DNA of 63,543 nucleotides, filler included, from 4 parts of 4 records of this genome joined end to end with filler, not necessarily neighbours in it, one strand, 5' to 3'. Positions 50,388-59,731 are shown, counted from the first letter of the whole stretch. The notes: a model not told the origin generated them from the letters alone. Program-made: numbers and translations.

Positions 50388-51200
50388 CTATTGTTCTTTT
50401 TGGATCATTGTTTCCCCACTCCCAAACCCCAATGCATTCATCGCGCCAAAGCCTGCATTGAGGCCGGTGCGGATAAGTTCGGTAGGGGTGGAGATTTCGA
50501 AATCAAAAAGATAGCCGCGCACCTTTACTTCTTCCTGCGTGAACGCCTTAATGGTTTGCAGGCGGGATTTCGGTTTTTTTGTCAGGCAGCGGAATTGCAG
50601 TTCCTCATGATTAAATTCAGTTATATCCTTTCCTGTCTGGCGCTGCCATGCATGATGTTTGTCAGTCAGGTTTTTGAAGAACCTGGAATTGTAATCCGGG
50701 TCCGCAGGTGATAAATATTGCTCCTGTATGTCGGTTTCCGATTTGCTGGTAATCACGATGGGTGAGCGTGCCCTGATCTGCATCGGTGAGTTGAGTGATG
50801 GTTCCTGTAGCATTTCTACGTTTGAAACCTGCATTTGGATGCCTGAGATTTGGTCGGCGATTTCGCATTGTTGGTTGCTAAACAATCCGGCCACAAAGTT
50901 TTGCATGGCATCAGGAAGCATAAACGATATGATCAGCGACGCTTCATGGCTAATTATTTCCATGCGGTCAGTACCCTTGATGATGTGAAAACTGCCATGG
51001 GGAAACCGTAGGTTGGAAAAAGTGAACAGCTTGAAGGTTTTGTGGTTTTTGAGCTGATATCCTGCTTCATGAAGCTTATTTGAAAAATCTTTGTTGCTCC
51101 TTTCGATAACGCTGTAAATCCAGGCGCTCAGGGGGTACTGGTAGTTGAGTGGTAGCACCTGCCTGGACCCGGTTAATGTGTATTTGATATTTATTCTCAT
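50388..51200 (-). CDS. cas6: CRISPR endoribonuclease Cas6 (copy B, I-B-like)
   Basis: LPLNYQY, LHEAGY, FKLFTFS, SPIV, GFGAMNALGFG. Confidence 0.95.
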   Translation of the reverse strand: MRINIKYTLTGSRQVLPLNYQYPLSAWIYSVIERSNKDFSNKLHEAGYQLKNHKTFKLFTFSNLRFPHGSFHIIKGTDRMEIISHEASLIISFMLPDAMQNFVAGLFSNQQCEIADQISGIQMQVSNVEMLQEPSLNSPMQIRARSPIVITSKSETDIQEQYLSPADPDYNSRFFKNLTDKHHAWQRQTGKDITEFNHEELQFRCLTKKPKSRLQTIKAFTQEEVKVRGYLFDFEISTPTELIRTGLNAGFGAMNALGFGSGETMIQKEQ

Positions 51201-51213
51201 AATTTTTTAATTG

Positions 51214-51248
51214 CAAAGTAAAAACAACGGAGTGTCACATCGTGTCAC
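51214..51248 (-). promoter_or_regulatory. Putative WYL-regulator binding site and Bacteroidota-type promoter of the cas operon
   Basis: GTGACAC-GAT-GTGACAC direct repeat (10-bp period), then TTACTTTG (close to TAnnTTTG), just upstream of cas6. Confidence 0.5.
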
Positions 51249-52156
51249 CCGGCAAATTTTGTTTTCGTTTTTTTGATTTTATCAGCCAGGAATAACTTTA
51301 GGCCGTTAGGTTCCAGCACTTCCGTTTCATCACACAATCCCAGCACAAACCGGCCAACCCCTTCAAAGCCGGAGACCGGAGCTTCAAACAGCCAGGTATT
51401 GTCATCCTGTTTGGTAAGATATTTTTCCGAGAGCGGATATTCCTCCCTTAACAGGTTGCAGGCCCGGAGTGACAGCTTAAGTTTCACAAGTACCTGTTCC
51501 TCACTGCTAATGCGAAATACATCCAAAGGGAGGCTTTTGTGCATGGGCGTGAATTGGTGAGGCTTTCCGGTGAGGGTAACCTTCCTGATCCGGGAAGTTT
51601 TAAATACTTTGTTGGTTCTGCTATCCACATCGAATGCCCACACCGAAATGTAGTTGTTTGTGAAATCGAATGGTTCAACGGTACGGTTGCTGATCGTACT
51701 GCTATGGGCCGAGCGATAATCGTGTAGCACAACTATGTGCCTGAGGTTTATGGCTCTGGTGAGGTTGCCTATGTTTTCGGATTGCTCCTTTCTAACAATC
51801 ACTTCAGCCACCTTTCCGAATTTGTACAGCGCGTAGAGCTTCTCCACCAGGTTCATCTTCAACTGGTTGTTTTCGTCGATGGAGTGGATGGCACGCTGAA
51901 GGATCCAGGCTTCCTCTTCGGAAAAATAGGGCAGGTCGTGCAGCTCTTTTAAAGGGGATTCGATTTTATCAATAAAGTACCTTCCATTTTGCTGTTCCAC
52001 CGGAAAGCCAACGTTTTCAAGTGTTTTAATATCGCGGTAAAAGGTACGTTTTGAAATGCCGAATTTTTCGGTCAGGTCTCCGGCAGTGTATTTAATCCCG
52101 CTTGAAAGATTGAGCAATAGTTTTAGCAAACGCTGGATGTGAGGAATGTCAGACAT
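51245..52156 (-). CDS. HTH-WYL-WCX transcriptional regulator
   Basis: FGISKRTFYRDIKTL HTH; YRS..RTVEPF..FKTSRI WYL; EVLEP WCX. Confidence 0.93.
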   Translation of the reverse strand: MSDIPHIQRLLKLLLNLSSGIKYTAGDLTEKFGISKRTFYRDIKTLENVGFPVEQQNGRYFIDKIESPLKELHDLPYFSEEEAWILQRAIHSIDENNQLKMNLVEKLYALYKFGKVAEVIVRKEQSENIGNLTRAINLRHIVVLHDYRSAHSSTISNRTVEPFDFTNNYISVWAFDVDSRTNKVFKTSRIRKVTLTGKPHQFTPMHKSLPLDVFRISSEEQVLVKLKLSLRACNLLREEYPLSEKYLTKQDDNTWLFEAPVSGFEGVGRFVLGLCDETEVLEPNGLKLFLADKIKKTKTKFAG

Positions 52157-52330
52157 GGTAAACTGTTGTTAGCGGCAAATGGATTTCAGAAAATCATGTT
52201 GCACCTTTGATGATTCATATTTCGCATTTGGAGAGTTTAAACAAACTTACCTATATTTCTTTGCATCATCATTATTAAAGACACTTTACTTTGTATATTT
52301 CAGTTACCTGAAATTATTTAAACCTGAAAA

Positions 52331-52576
52331 TTATAATACCGTTATCCATTCCCAAATGCTTTTGCAACCAGTTAAAAATGTATAAATGCAATTTGGAAAT
52401 GATCCGACCCATGAGTCATGAATACTATTTCTATTCATGAATAAAGCCATAAACGGTAAGCAAATCGTTGCAATTACAAGTTCAACTGGGAATGATATGA
52501 TCAAAAACAAGATCATGAAAGCAAATCCGACAACCCCAATCGGAAACCTTACAACCGAAATAAAGAAATCAAGCAA
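52331..52576 (-). CDS. Small hydrophobic membrane protein
   Basis: 81 aa, two long hydrophobic segments; only a TTG start available. Confidence 0.5.
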   Translation of the reverse strand: MLDFFISVVRFPIGVVGFAFMILFLIISFPVELVIATICLPFMALFMNRNSIHDSWVGSFPNCIYTFLTGCKSIWEWITVL

Positions 52577-52682
52577 TAGACCATGAGTTTGTTTTTTCTT
52601 TTAAAATAGTGATGAACTTAAATCTCAAAGTAATATCAGGTAGGTCACTCATAATTATTTCATTAATTGCCTGCAAATCATG

Positions 52683-53117
52683 TTAATTCAATTTGTGGTC
52701 CGACAGCAGATCATTGATTGGAACACACGTGTTATGGTATTCAATTTCGCATAGTTTTCGTACAACAGACTGAACAACATCTTTAAGTTTTGAATACTCA
52801 CCGTATAGATTTTGAAAAGAGTGTTTACATGTGTGACGTTTAGATTTCCTATGTTGCTCAACTTGAAATTTCACTCCATGGAGCGCTTTTTTATACCTGT
52901 TGAGTCTTTTTGTTTGCTTCCTGGAGAGCGGAATATCTATAAAACAATCTACCAGTGCGTTTATCGACTCTATGGCTGAATCAATTAAATATTCATCGGT
53001 ACCATAATGCTTATTCAGTAACACAGGATTTTTGGACAATTCAATCATTTTCGAATGCAATCGCAATAACTGGTACATTTTTTCTCCGGCTGATTTTGCT
53101 TTTAGAATCTGTTTCAT
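52683..53117 (-). CDS. Hypothetical basic helical protein (144 aa)
   Basis: ATG 2 nt after the SIR2 stop; no recognised motif. Confidence 0.7.
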   Translation of the reverse strand: MKQILKAKSAGEKMYQLLRLHSKMIELSKNPVLLNKHYGTDEYLIDSAIESINALVDCFIDIPLSRKQTKRLNRYKKALHGVKFQVEQHRKSKRHTCKHSFQNLYGEYSKLKDVVQSVVRKLCEIEYHNTCVPINDLLSDHKLN

Positions 53118-53119
53118 TT

Positions 53120-54076
53120 TTAAAATTTTAATGTTGTTTGTATTGAGTTAGTTAAATCCCTTCGTGGAGCAGTCTTTTTTAATTCATTTAAGAGGAAGTC
53201 ATATTCCTCGTAGTCTTTAATAATAATTATGTCCGTTCTGAGCCTGTCTTTCCACTTCTCAAACAAATATGAATATTTGTCCTGTGTGGTCACCAGGAAT
53301 GATCGTGGCATAGGGTATCTCTTTTCATCCACAAGTGGGTAATATTCTGCTAACTCCTCAGCAATATCTTCCAGGTGAGGGTCACTTGCACCATAGCCAA
53401 CGAATAATGTGGAATAACGTGTAAAGAGCATGCGAAGGGCAAAGGAAAATCCCTCAAACTTGTTTCGGATGATTTGATTATAGTCTTCTTTTGTAAATAT
53501 GATGTCTTCCAAAGCAAGGTTAATCCCAACAGAGCCATGTATGTGTATGACGCAGGACTTATTCCTGTGGATGAATGACATTATTTTTGAGCCATCATGA
53601 TACGTAAATGAATGACTCGCGAGGTTCAGGGCACCAACTTCTCTTGCAGCAGCTTCAATTAGCATGTCGTAGTTGGTTGTCAAAATGTATGGATAATTTG
53701 TTTTTATAATATTCCGATGACGGTCATTTGGCTCTTTGTCTGTAAGTTTAATAAGCCATTTGTTAAAGTTATAATTTGCAAGTGCATTGTCACTTAGTTC
53801 ACACTCTTTTATTTTCCGTTTTATGACTGTTGTAACATGTATCCGGTTTTTAAATCCCGTTTCTTTTGCACTTGTAATCAATTCATTTAGCTCTGATCTG
53901 TCTTCATCTTCCTGAAGCGGCAATGATTCTGCCATATCAATGAATTCATCCAAAAACCCATCCCAATCCGGCAATCCTGAGGGTATTGAAATTCCTGAAC
54001 CTACAAAAATGATAAGTTGTTCATCTAAAAGGTATTTCCTTAAAACTTGAATGCCTTCTTCCAAGTCGTACTTCAT
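53120..54076 (-). CDS. SIR2-family (SIR2_2) protein, probable NADase
   Basis: IFVGSGIS..SGLPDW, ILTTNYD, IHIHGS, LFVGYG..DP motifs. Confidence 0.92.
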   Translation of the reverse strand: MKYDLEEGIQVLRKYLLDEQLIIFVGSGISIPSGLPDWDGFLDEFIDMAESLPLQEDEDRSELNELITSAKETGFKNRIHVTTVIKRKIKECELSDNALANYNFNKWLIKLTDKEPNDRHRNIIKTNYPYILTTNYDMLIEAAAREVGALNLASHSFTYHDGSKIMSFIHRNKSCVIHIHGSVGINLALEDIIFTKEDYNQIIRNKFEGFSFALRMLFTRYSTLFVGYGASDPHLEDIAEELAEYYPLVDEKRYPMPRSFLVTTQDKYSYLFEKWKDRLRTDIIIIKDYEEYDFLLNELKKTAPRRDLTNSIQTTLKF

Positions 54077-54166
54077 TGTTCTGTTAATTTATTTCTAAAG
54101 GTTAAGATTCAAAATGGTCAATTCAAATTATTGACCATTTCAATAATCAAGTCCTGAGTTATATTT

Positions 54167-54403
54167 TTATCCCTTAGGCGGATAGGGATCCGATTTCCTG
54201 GGGTAAGTTCTTTCTTCCTGGAAGGTACCATCTTTCTTATGGATTTTTATTGAAGCTTGCCCTTCCTTTTTAGCTAGCTCAATGGTTTTGCTTAGCACTT
54301 CCGATTTTGTCTTGCCTTTTACTGAAGCCCTTTTAGCTTTTTCTACTTTTCCTTGCCAACCGTCTTCGGTTTTAGTTACATGAAATGTTTTTCGTTTTGT
54401 CAT
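54167..54403 (-). CDS. DUF2188 family protein
   Basis: HVT....W......RAS....TK.E, IHKKDGTFQEERTY..DPYPPKG. Confidence 0.9.
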   Translation of the reverse strand: MTKRKTFHVTKTEDGWQGKVEKAKRASVKGKTKSEVLSKTIELAKKEGQASIKIHKKDGTFQEERTYPRKSDPYPPKG

Positions 54404-54455
54404 TTTGAATAGTTTTTGCGGTTTTAAAAATAGCTTTCATGAAATGCTAAAATTA

Positions 54456-54482
54456 GGGAACCCTCACCCCAAGAGGGTTCCC
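54456..54482. other. Strong hairpin upstream of the DUF2188 gene
   Basis: GGGAACCCTC-ACCCCAA-GAGGGTTCCC. Confidence 0.65.
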
Positions 54483-55018
54483 GGTTGGATAAATATGCAA
54501 TACAAGGCGAAATGGAAAACCTGCATTGCTCATTATCTTACATTTGCTACATAATAGCTATTCATTTTCTCTCGCTTTTTCCATACATCAATAAAGTGTG
54601 AAAGTTTTATCCTTTTTCATGGCTTCTCAACTTCATTCACATGATACCGTAGTGAAGTTTTAAATGGTCAGCATTTTTTACCAGCAGCACAAACAAAACA
54701 ATCCTTTAGCCCGACCGAAACTTCAATCAAGTTACGCATCTGTTTTGCTGACGTTTGTGTTTCATTAGTAATGATCATTTAGTTTCTGATTTGTCATGAA
54801 AAAAAATACTGGAATCTGATTAAATAAAGCTTTTGAGTGTTTGTAACAGGCTGTCTGTCAATAACAAATGCATTCAAGAAGTAGACCCCATCCAAAAATG
54901 AAAATTTAACTTTCGTTAACATATGAGTCGCTTATCTTAAGCTTTGCAAAAGGGATACGCGATTAATGGATAATGTCTTTTGGTTATCATTGCCGCTTTT
55001 TTAGTGAAACTTGAACAG

Positions 55019-55975
55019 ATGGATACTTTACAGGATGCGATTGCGGCGTTTACACATCATTGCCGTTATGAGAAACGACTTTCTATACGAACTCTCAAAG
55101 CTTATTCACAGGACCTGAAACAATTCGGCCAGTTTTGCCAGAACCGCGAATTTCCTGATAAAATCGGGGAACTCGACAAACACTGCATCAAAGACTACAT
55201 CCGTGAAATTTCAGAGGCTAAACCGAAAACCATCAAACGCAAGCTGGCTACCATAAAAGCGTTGTTCAATTTCCTTGAATTTGAAGATGAGATCGTGGTG
55301 AATCCTTTCAGGAAAATCAGGATACGGATTAAAGAACCCCTTGTGCTGCCCGCAGTGATGACGCTTGCCGAAGTCTCCAAACTGTTCAAAACCATGTACC
55401 GTCTCTGGGAAGAAACGTCGCCAGACAACGACTTCGCCTACAAAGTCATCACCCGAGACATCGCCATCCTGGAGTTGCTGTTTGCCACAGGCATCCGGGT
55501 TTCAGAACTATGCAGCCTCCGACCCGGGGATTTTGGCAGCAATATGAAGCGAATTCATGTTAATGGAAAAGGCGAAAAAGAACGGGTGATACAGGTGTGC
55601 AACAACGAGACCACCGACATTCTGAAAACCACAAAAAAACTGTTTGCAAAAGAAACCGAACTTACCGGCCACTTTTTTATCAACCGTCTGGGCAAACCTT
55701 TTTCTACTCAGTCGGTAAGATTTATGCTCAAAAAATATCTTGAAATGGCCGGCTGCAACCCAAAGATCACCCCGCACACCTTCAGGCACACCTTTGCCAC
55801 GCTATTGCTCGAAGAAGGCGTCGATCTCAAATACATCCAGCAGCTACTCGGGCACAGTTCCATCCTTACCACCCAAATTTATACCCATGTCAACATGCAG
55901 AAGCAAAAGCACATACTCAGCACCAAGCACCCACGCAAAAAACTTCATTTTGGCCGGGAGGGGAATGAAGGATAA
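55019..55975 (+). CDS. XerC/D-like tyrosine recombinase
   Basis: GIRVSEL, GKGEKER, HTFRH, LLGHSS..TTQIY catalytic residues; N-terminal SAM-like domain. Confidence 0.95.
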   Translation: MDTLQDAIAAFTHHCRYEKRLSIRTLKAYSQDLKQFGQFCQNREFPDKIGELDKHCIKDYIREISEAKPKTIKRKLATIKALFNFLEFEDEIVVNPFRKIRIRIKEPLVLPAVMTLAEVSKLFKTMYRLWEETSPDNDFAYKVITRDIAILELLFATGIRVSELCSLRPGDFGSNMKRIHVNGKGEKERVIQVCNNETTDILKTTKKLFAKETELTGHFFINRLGKPFSTQSVRFMLKKYLEMAGCNPKITPHTFRHTFATLLLEEGVDLKYIQQLLGHSSILTTQIYTHVNMQKQKHILSTKHPRKKLHFGREGNEG

Positions 55976-55986
55976 CTAAATATTAT

Positions 55987-56086
55987 NNNNNNNNNNNNNN
56001 NNNNNNNNNNNNNNNNNNNNNNNNNNNNNNTTAATTAATTAANNNNNNNNNNNNNNNNNNNNNNNNNNNNNNNNNNNNNNNNNNNN
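55987..56086. other. Artificial contig linker
   Basis: N run, TTAATTAATTAA, N run. Confidence 0.98.
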
Positions 56087-57072
56087 CCGGCGAGGAGTTT
56101 TGAATTATCCAATAAATCATTGATCAACTTTAGAAGATGTTCGGATACATCCAGAATTGTCCCGGCCTGCTTTTGAGCTGATTCCAGGGACGGGCTCCTC
56201 ATTATCATTTCGGAAAAACCGATAATACCGTTAAGAGGCGTTCTGATTTCATGCGAAACATTAGCCAAGAATTGGGATTTTTGATTATTGGCCTTTTCGG
56301 CCGCATCCTTGGCCGCCTGGAGGTCGGAAGTCCGCGAAGCAACCAAATCTTCCAGGTACATTTGGTGAGCCGTCAACTCCTTGTTCGCGGCGTTCAATCT
56401 TTGAGAGTAAGTATAATATGCACTCCTCAAGACAAGATACAAAGGCGCTGTCAGGAGCAAGAAACATAGTCCCGTCAATGTGGAAATTAAATGTGAACGG
56501 TAGATAAGAGCGTTTACGTAACTTATATCATAATCCGCGCAGGCAAGGTATTCGCGGCCGCCCGGAGATTTTTGCGGCAGAGCTATAGATCGGAAATGGC
56601 CCCATTGATCGGTGTATGTTGAATACACTTTTTGCTTTTCCTTGAAAGCGCGAACAAAATCAGCGGGAATGTCGTCATATGGTAAAAAATACCACGACTC
56701 ACGTTCGCGGGCTTCTTCCTCGGTAACCGTGGGAGCTGAAAAATAAAAGCGGCCGTCTTTTTCAGCCAGTGTGTATAGATATGTAAAGTCCGTTTCTTCG
56801 GCTAAATCCGATACAGCCTTCCGGTTTTTTAATTCCTCTTCCATTCCGATGGAATCTTCATCCACGGCCCTATCGTGAAAATCCGGCGCCAGCATGTATT
56901 TAAGACTCCTGGCCGCCATGAGGAGTTGTTTGTCAATATCACTGAAAATTTCGTGTTTATAATGAGCGGCGTTCCATACGGAGTAGGCCGTTACACCGGC
57001 CACGTAAAGGACCACGCAGGCAATAAAATAGACCCTGTATTTTTTTCTTGTTTTCCCGTGCAAGCCTTTCAC
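56087..57072 (-). CDS. Sensor histidine kinase N-terminal part, truncated by contig end
   Basis: Two TM helices around a Cache-like domain (YTDQWG); [19 protein letters not shown]-box. Confidence 0.9.
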
Positions 57073-57390
57073 CCTTGAAATTAGTCAAGAACGTTTATGC
57101 TCTTTCATAAGGCGTCTAATTCAGGCAAAAACACATTTATTCCCAATTGCCGGCATATTAATCCAACCATTCCCCTGATGTCAAAGTCAATCCATAAGTT
57201 ACACGTAAGCTCGCTGTCGGGATGGTATAATAAAGAACTTACCAGGACGGCATTGTTTTTACCTTGAATAACAAAACGCGGATTCAACATGCTACAGCAC
57301 AGATGCGCCCGGAAAACAAATAGTTGATTATAATAGCAAAGTGTTGTATTTAGCAAAGACTGTCAATCCAAAAAAAAGAAAGTAATCATA

Positions 57391-57813
57391 GTGAAAACCA
57401 TTTACATTGCCGGCCCCTTATTCACCGCCCCGGAACAGGATTACAACAAGCGCTTGTCTATCGCCCTGATTCAAGCAGGCTTTAAGGTTGATCTGCCCCA
57501 GGAGTTCGCCGTTGGTCTGGATAGTTATGAAAAGATTTACGAGCGTTGCATTAAGGGAGTTGACGCAGCAGACCTTATCCTGGCCATAGTCGACGGAGCG
57601 GACGCCGATTCCGGCACATCTTTTGAAATGGGGTACGCCCGGGCCAAGGGGAAGCCCATTATTGCGGTTCGCACCGACTTCCGCAGTTCCGGCGATGCAG
57701 GCGGCATAAACCTTATGCTCAAGTATGGGGCTGACAAGTACGTTGAAGTCCCCATGGACGGTTCGATCGAAAAAATCACGGCAACGGTCAAGGATTTTAT
57801 CACCGAAAGATAG
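57391..57813 (+). CDS. Nucleoside 2-deoxyribosyltransferase family protein
   Basis: IYIAGPLF, DSGTSFEMGYA, NLML. Confidence 0.9.
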   Translation: MKTIYIAGPLFTAPEQDYNKRLSIALIQAGFKVDLPQEFAVGLDSYEKIYERCIKGVDAADLILAIVDGADADSGTSFEMGYARAKGKPIIAVRTDFRSSGDAGGINLMLKYGADKYVEVPMDGSIEKITATVKDFITER

Positions 57814-57827
57814 ACGCAAGGTTAATA

Positions 57828-58151
57828 ATGGCCTGGCCCAGTAAAGGAACAAGGAAAATTACAATCGACGGAGTTGAATATTTATGGCACTATTCCGGCC
57901 ATTGCCCAAGCTGCTCCAGCGACGTCTTCACAGTCGGCCTTTCGGGAAAGCCTTACGTTCTTTATATCGATCCCTTTCCCTGGAGTTTTGAAATAAAGCC
58001 TTCAAGCATGGCCAAGGCTGTTCGATGGGCCGTGTATAAAGGCTGGACGCCAGAAAAAGGACCGACCAGGGCCATGTCCTTTGACGATGACAAAAAGGAT
58101 TATGTATGGCTGCCTGATGGGAAGAGACACCTTTACTGCACGAACAGCTGA
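57828..58151 (+). CDS. Hypothetical protein with CxxC
   Basis: KGTRKITIDGVEYLW, HCPSC, GWTP. Confidence 0.7.
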   Translation: MAWPSKGTRKITIDGVEYLWHYSGHCPSCSSDVFTVGLSGKPYVLYIDPFPWSFEIKPSSMAKAVRWAVYKGWTPEKGPTRAMSFDDDKKDYVWLPDGKRHLYCTNS

Positions 58152-58213
58152 GCCAAATCTGCATAGCAGCATACACATTGATTCATTCAACTTAGAGATC
58201 TTAAGGAAACAAA

Positions 58214-58840
58214 ATGGGGTTTTCAGATTTCTTTTCCAGGCAGGCCGGGAAGCCTTCGGGCTTATTTGGCAGGCTGGTTATGTCTCGCGTTTTTGATAAA
58301 GGAAATATAATCCTTAACACCATGGCCAAGGAACTGCTTTCCGTTAAAAACGGCGGCATGATTCTGGAGATAGGCTTCGGCACTGGAAAAATCATGAGCG
58401 AACTGGTCGACTCCATCGGCCAGGGGCAAATACACGGAGTTGATCCTTCCGATACAATGATCGGAATTGCCAGAAAAAATAATCGCCAGGGTTTGAAGGA
58501 CGGCCGGGTGAAACTATGGCATGGCGTTTTTGAAGAAATGGACAGCAACGAGAACTTCTACGATTCCGTGTTTTCGGTTAACACAATCTATTTCTGGCCC
58601 AAACCGGATCTCACGGCAAACAAAATATACAGCGTCCTAAAATCGGGAGGCAGGGTTATCCTGGGGTTTGAAGATATAGCCCAGATGAAAAACAAACCGA
58701 TCAGCAGGGATGTTTTTCGATTTTATTCCACTGATGATGTAAAGGATCTGCTTGCGGCGGCCGGCTTTCACAAAAACATAGATTTTGTTTCAAAGCAACA
58801 GGGGGAGATGGTCTTTCATTGCGCGGTTGCGGTTAAGTAG
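58214..58840 (+). CDS. Class I SAM-dependent methyltransferase
   Basis: ILEIGFGTG, GVDPS, VNTIYFW, LKSGG. Confidence 0.92.
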   Translation: MGFSDFFSRQAGKPSGLFGRLVMSRVFDKGNIILNTMAKELLSVKNGGMILEIGFGTGKIMSELVDSIGQGQIHGVDPSDTMIGIARKNNRQGLKDGRVKLWHGVFEEMDSNENFYDSVFSVNTIYFWPKPDLTANKIYSVLKSGGRVILGFEDIAQMKNKPISRDVFRFYSTDDVKDLLAAAGFHKNIDFVSKQQGEMVFHCAVAVK

Positions 58841-58955
58841 CGCCCGTCCAGAAATGGTTATTTTTCCCAATATCTTTCCGCCCCGGCGGATAAATCCACC
58901 TGAGGCGGATAAATGTCGAGCTCGGAAAAAATTCCTCATTTCCGGACAGATACCA
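58838..58955. repeat. MITE-like palindromic intergenic element
   Basis: Ends GTCCAGAAATG/CATTTCCGGAC inverted; internal palindromes TCCGCCCCGGCGGA and ATCCACCTGAGGCGGAT. Confidence 0.55.
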
Positions 58956-58987
58956 AGTAGCGACTGTGGCTGTAGCGGATATTATTT

Positions 58988-59731
58988 TCAAGCAAACACC
59001 GGAACAATGGTTTTGACAACTCCCCGGCGATGATCGAGGGTGATGTTCCGGATCTCCATGCCGTACAACCGTTTTAATTGATCGTCGGTCATTATTTCCG
59101 CTGTTTTTCCAAAACGGTAGTCGAGTGAATCATACATAAGCAGGGCCAGATCAGCGATATGTACGGCATGCTGAGGGTAATGAGTCGTAAATACGATTGT
59201 AATATTCCGTTCACGACCGAGCCTTCTTAGAGTTCTCAGAACCAGGTCCTGGTTTTTAAAGTCCAGGGCTGACGCAGGTTCGTCCAGGATCAAAACCCGG
59301 CACTCCGATACCAGGGCCCTGGCGATCAGGACCATTTGTTTTTCCCCGCCGCTGAGCTCCAGGAAATTTCTATCCATAAAGTGAATAAGGTCCAGTTCCA
59401 TCAGGGCTTCTCTCGCTGCATCATAATCCGCCTTTTTTGGAGAAGAGAACAAGGGGATGTGGCGGGCCCGGCCCATTACAACCATATCCAATACGGAATA
59501 AGGAAAAACAGCGGCAGCGTGCTGGGGAACATAGCCGACATGGCCGTTAATTCGAACATGGCCTTCATTAAGCGGCAACAGTCCGATCATGGTTTTAAGA
59601 AGTGTTGTCTTTCCCCTTCCGTTGGGTCCGAGTATTGCCAGTATGGCCCCTTCCCCAACCCTGAAACTGTGACGACGGAAAATAAAATTTCCGGAATTAT
59701 ATTTAAAACCAATATCGACGGCTTCAATCAT
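58988..59731 (-). CDS. ABC transporter ATPase (FepC/BtuD-like)
   Basis: GPNGRGKT, LSGGE, ILDEP, H-loop. Confidence 0.95.
   Translation of the reverse strand: MIEAVDIGFKYNSGNFIFRRHSFRVGEGAILAILGPNGRGKTTLLKTMIGLLPLNEGHVRINGHVGYVPQHAAAVFPYSVLDMVVMGRARHIPLFSSPKKADYDAAREALMELDLIHFMDRNFLELSGGEKQMVLIARALVSECRVLILDEPASALDFKNQDLVLRTLRRLGRERNITIVFTTHYPQHAVHIADLALLMYDSLDYRFGKTAEIMTDDQLKRLYGMEIRNITLDHRRGVVKTIVPVFA

Noticed and set aside
35088-52156. IS110 plus Cas as a CRISPR-associated transposon
   Set aside because: Separated by a contig linker and from different organisms; no tns/tniQ genes
47326-54076. Type III-style cyclic oligoadenylate signalling from Cas10 to SIR2
   Set aside because: Cas10d has no GGDD palm motif and the SIR2 protein has no visible CARF/SAVED domain
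54668-54778. 36-codon Cys-containing ORF (MIITNE..CFVCAAGKKC) as a RiPP precursor
   Set aside because: No modifying enzymes nearby; may be chance or a decayed gene
52160-55975. Integron with attC-like sites (GTTAGCG at about 52168; TAAC..GTTA at about 54860-54990)
   Set aside because: Recombinase lacks an evident IntI-specific insertion and the candidate sites do not form convincing paired boxes
39015-55986. CRISPR array for the I-D system
   Set aside because: No regularly spaced repeats seen; the contig ends within cas1, so cas2 and the array probably lie outside
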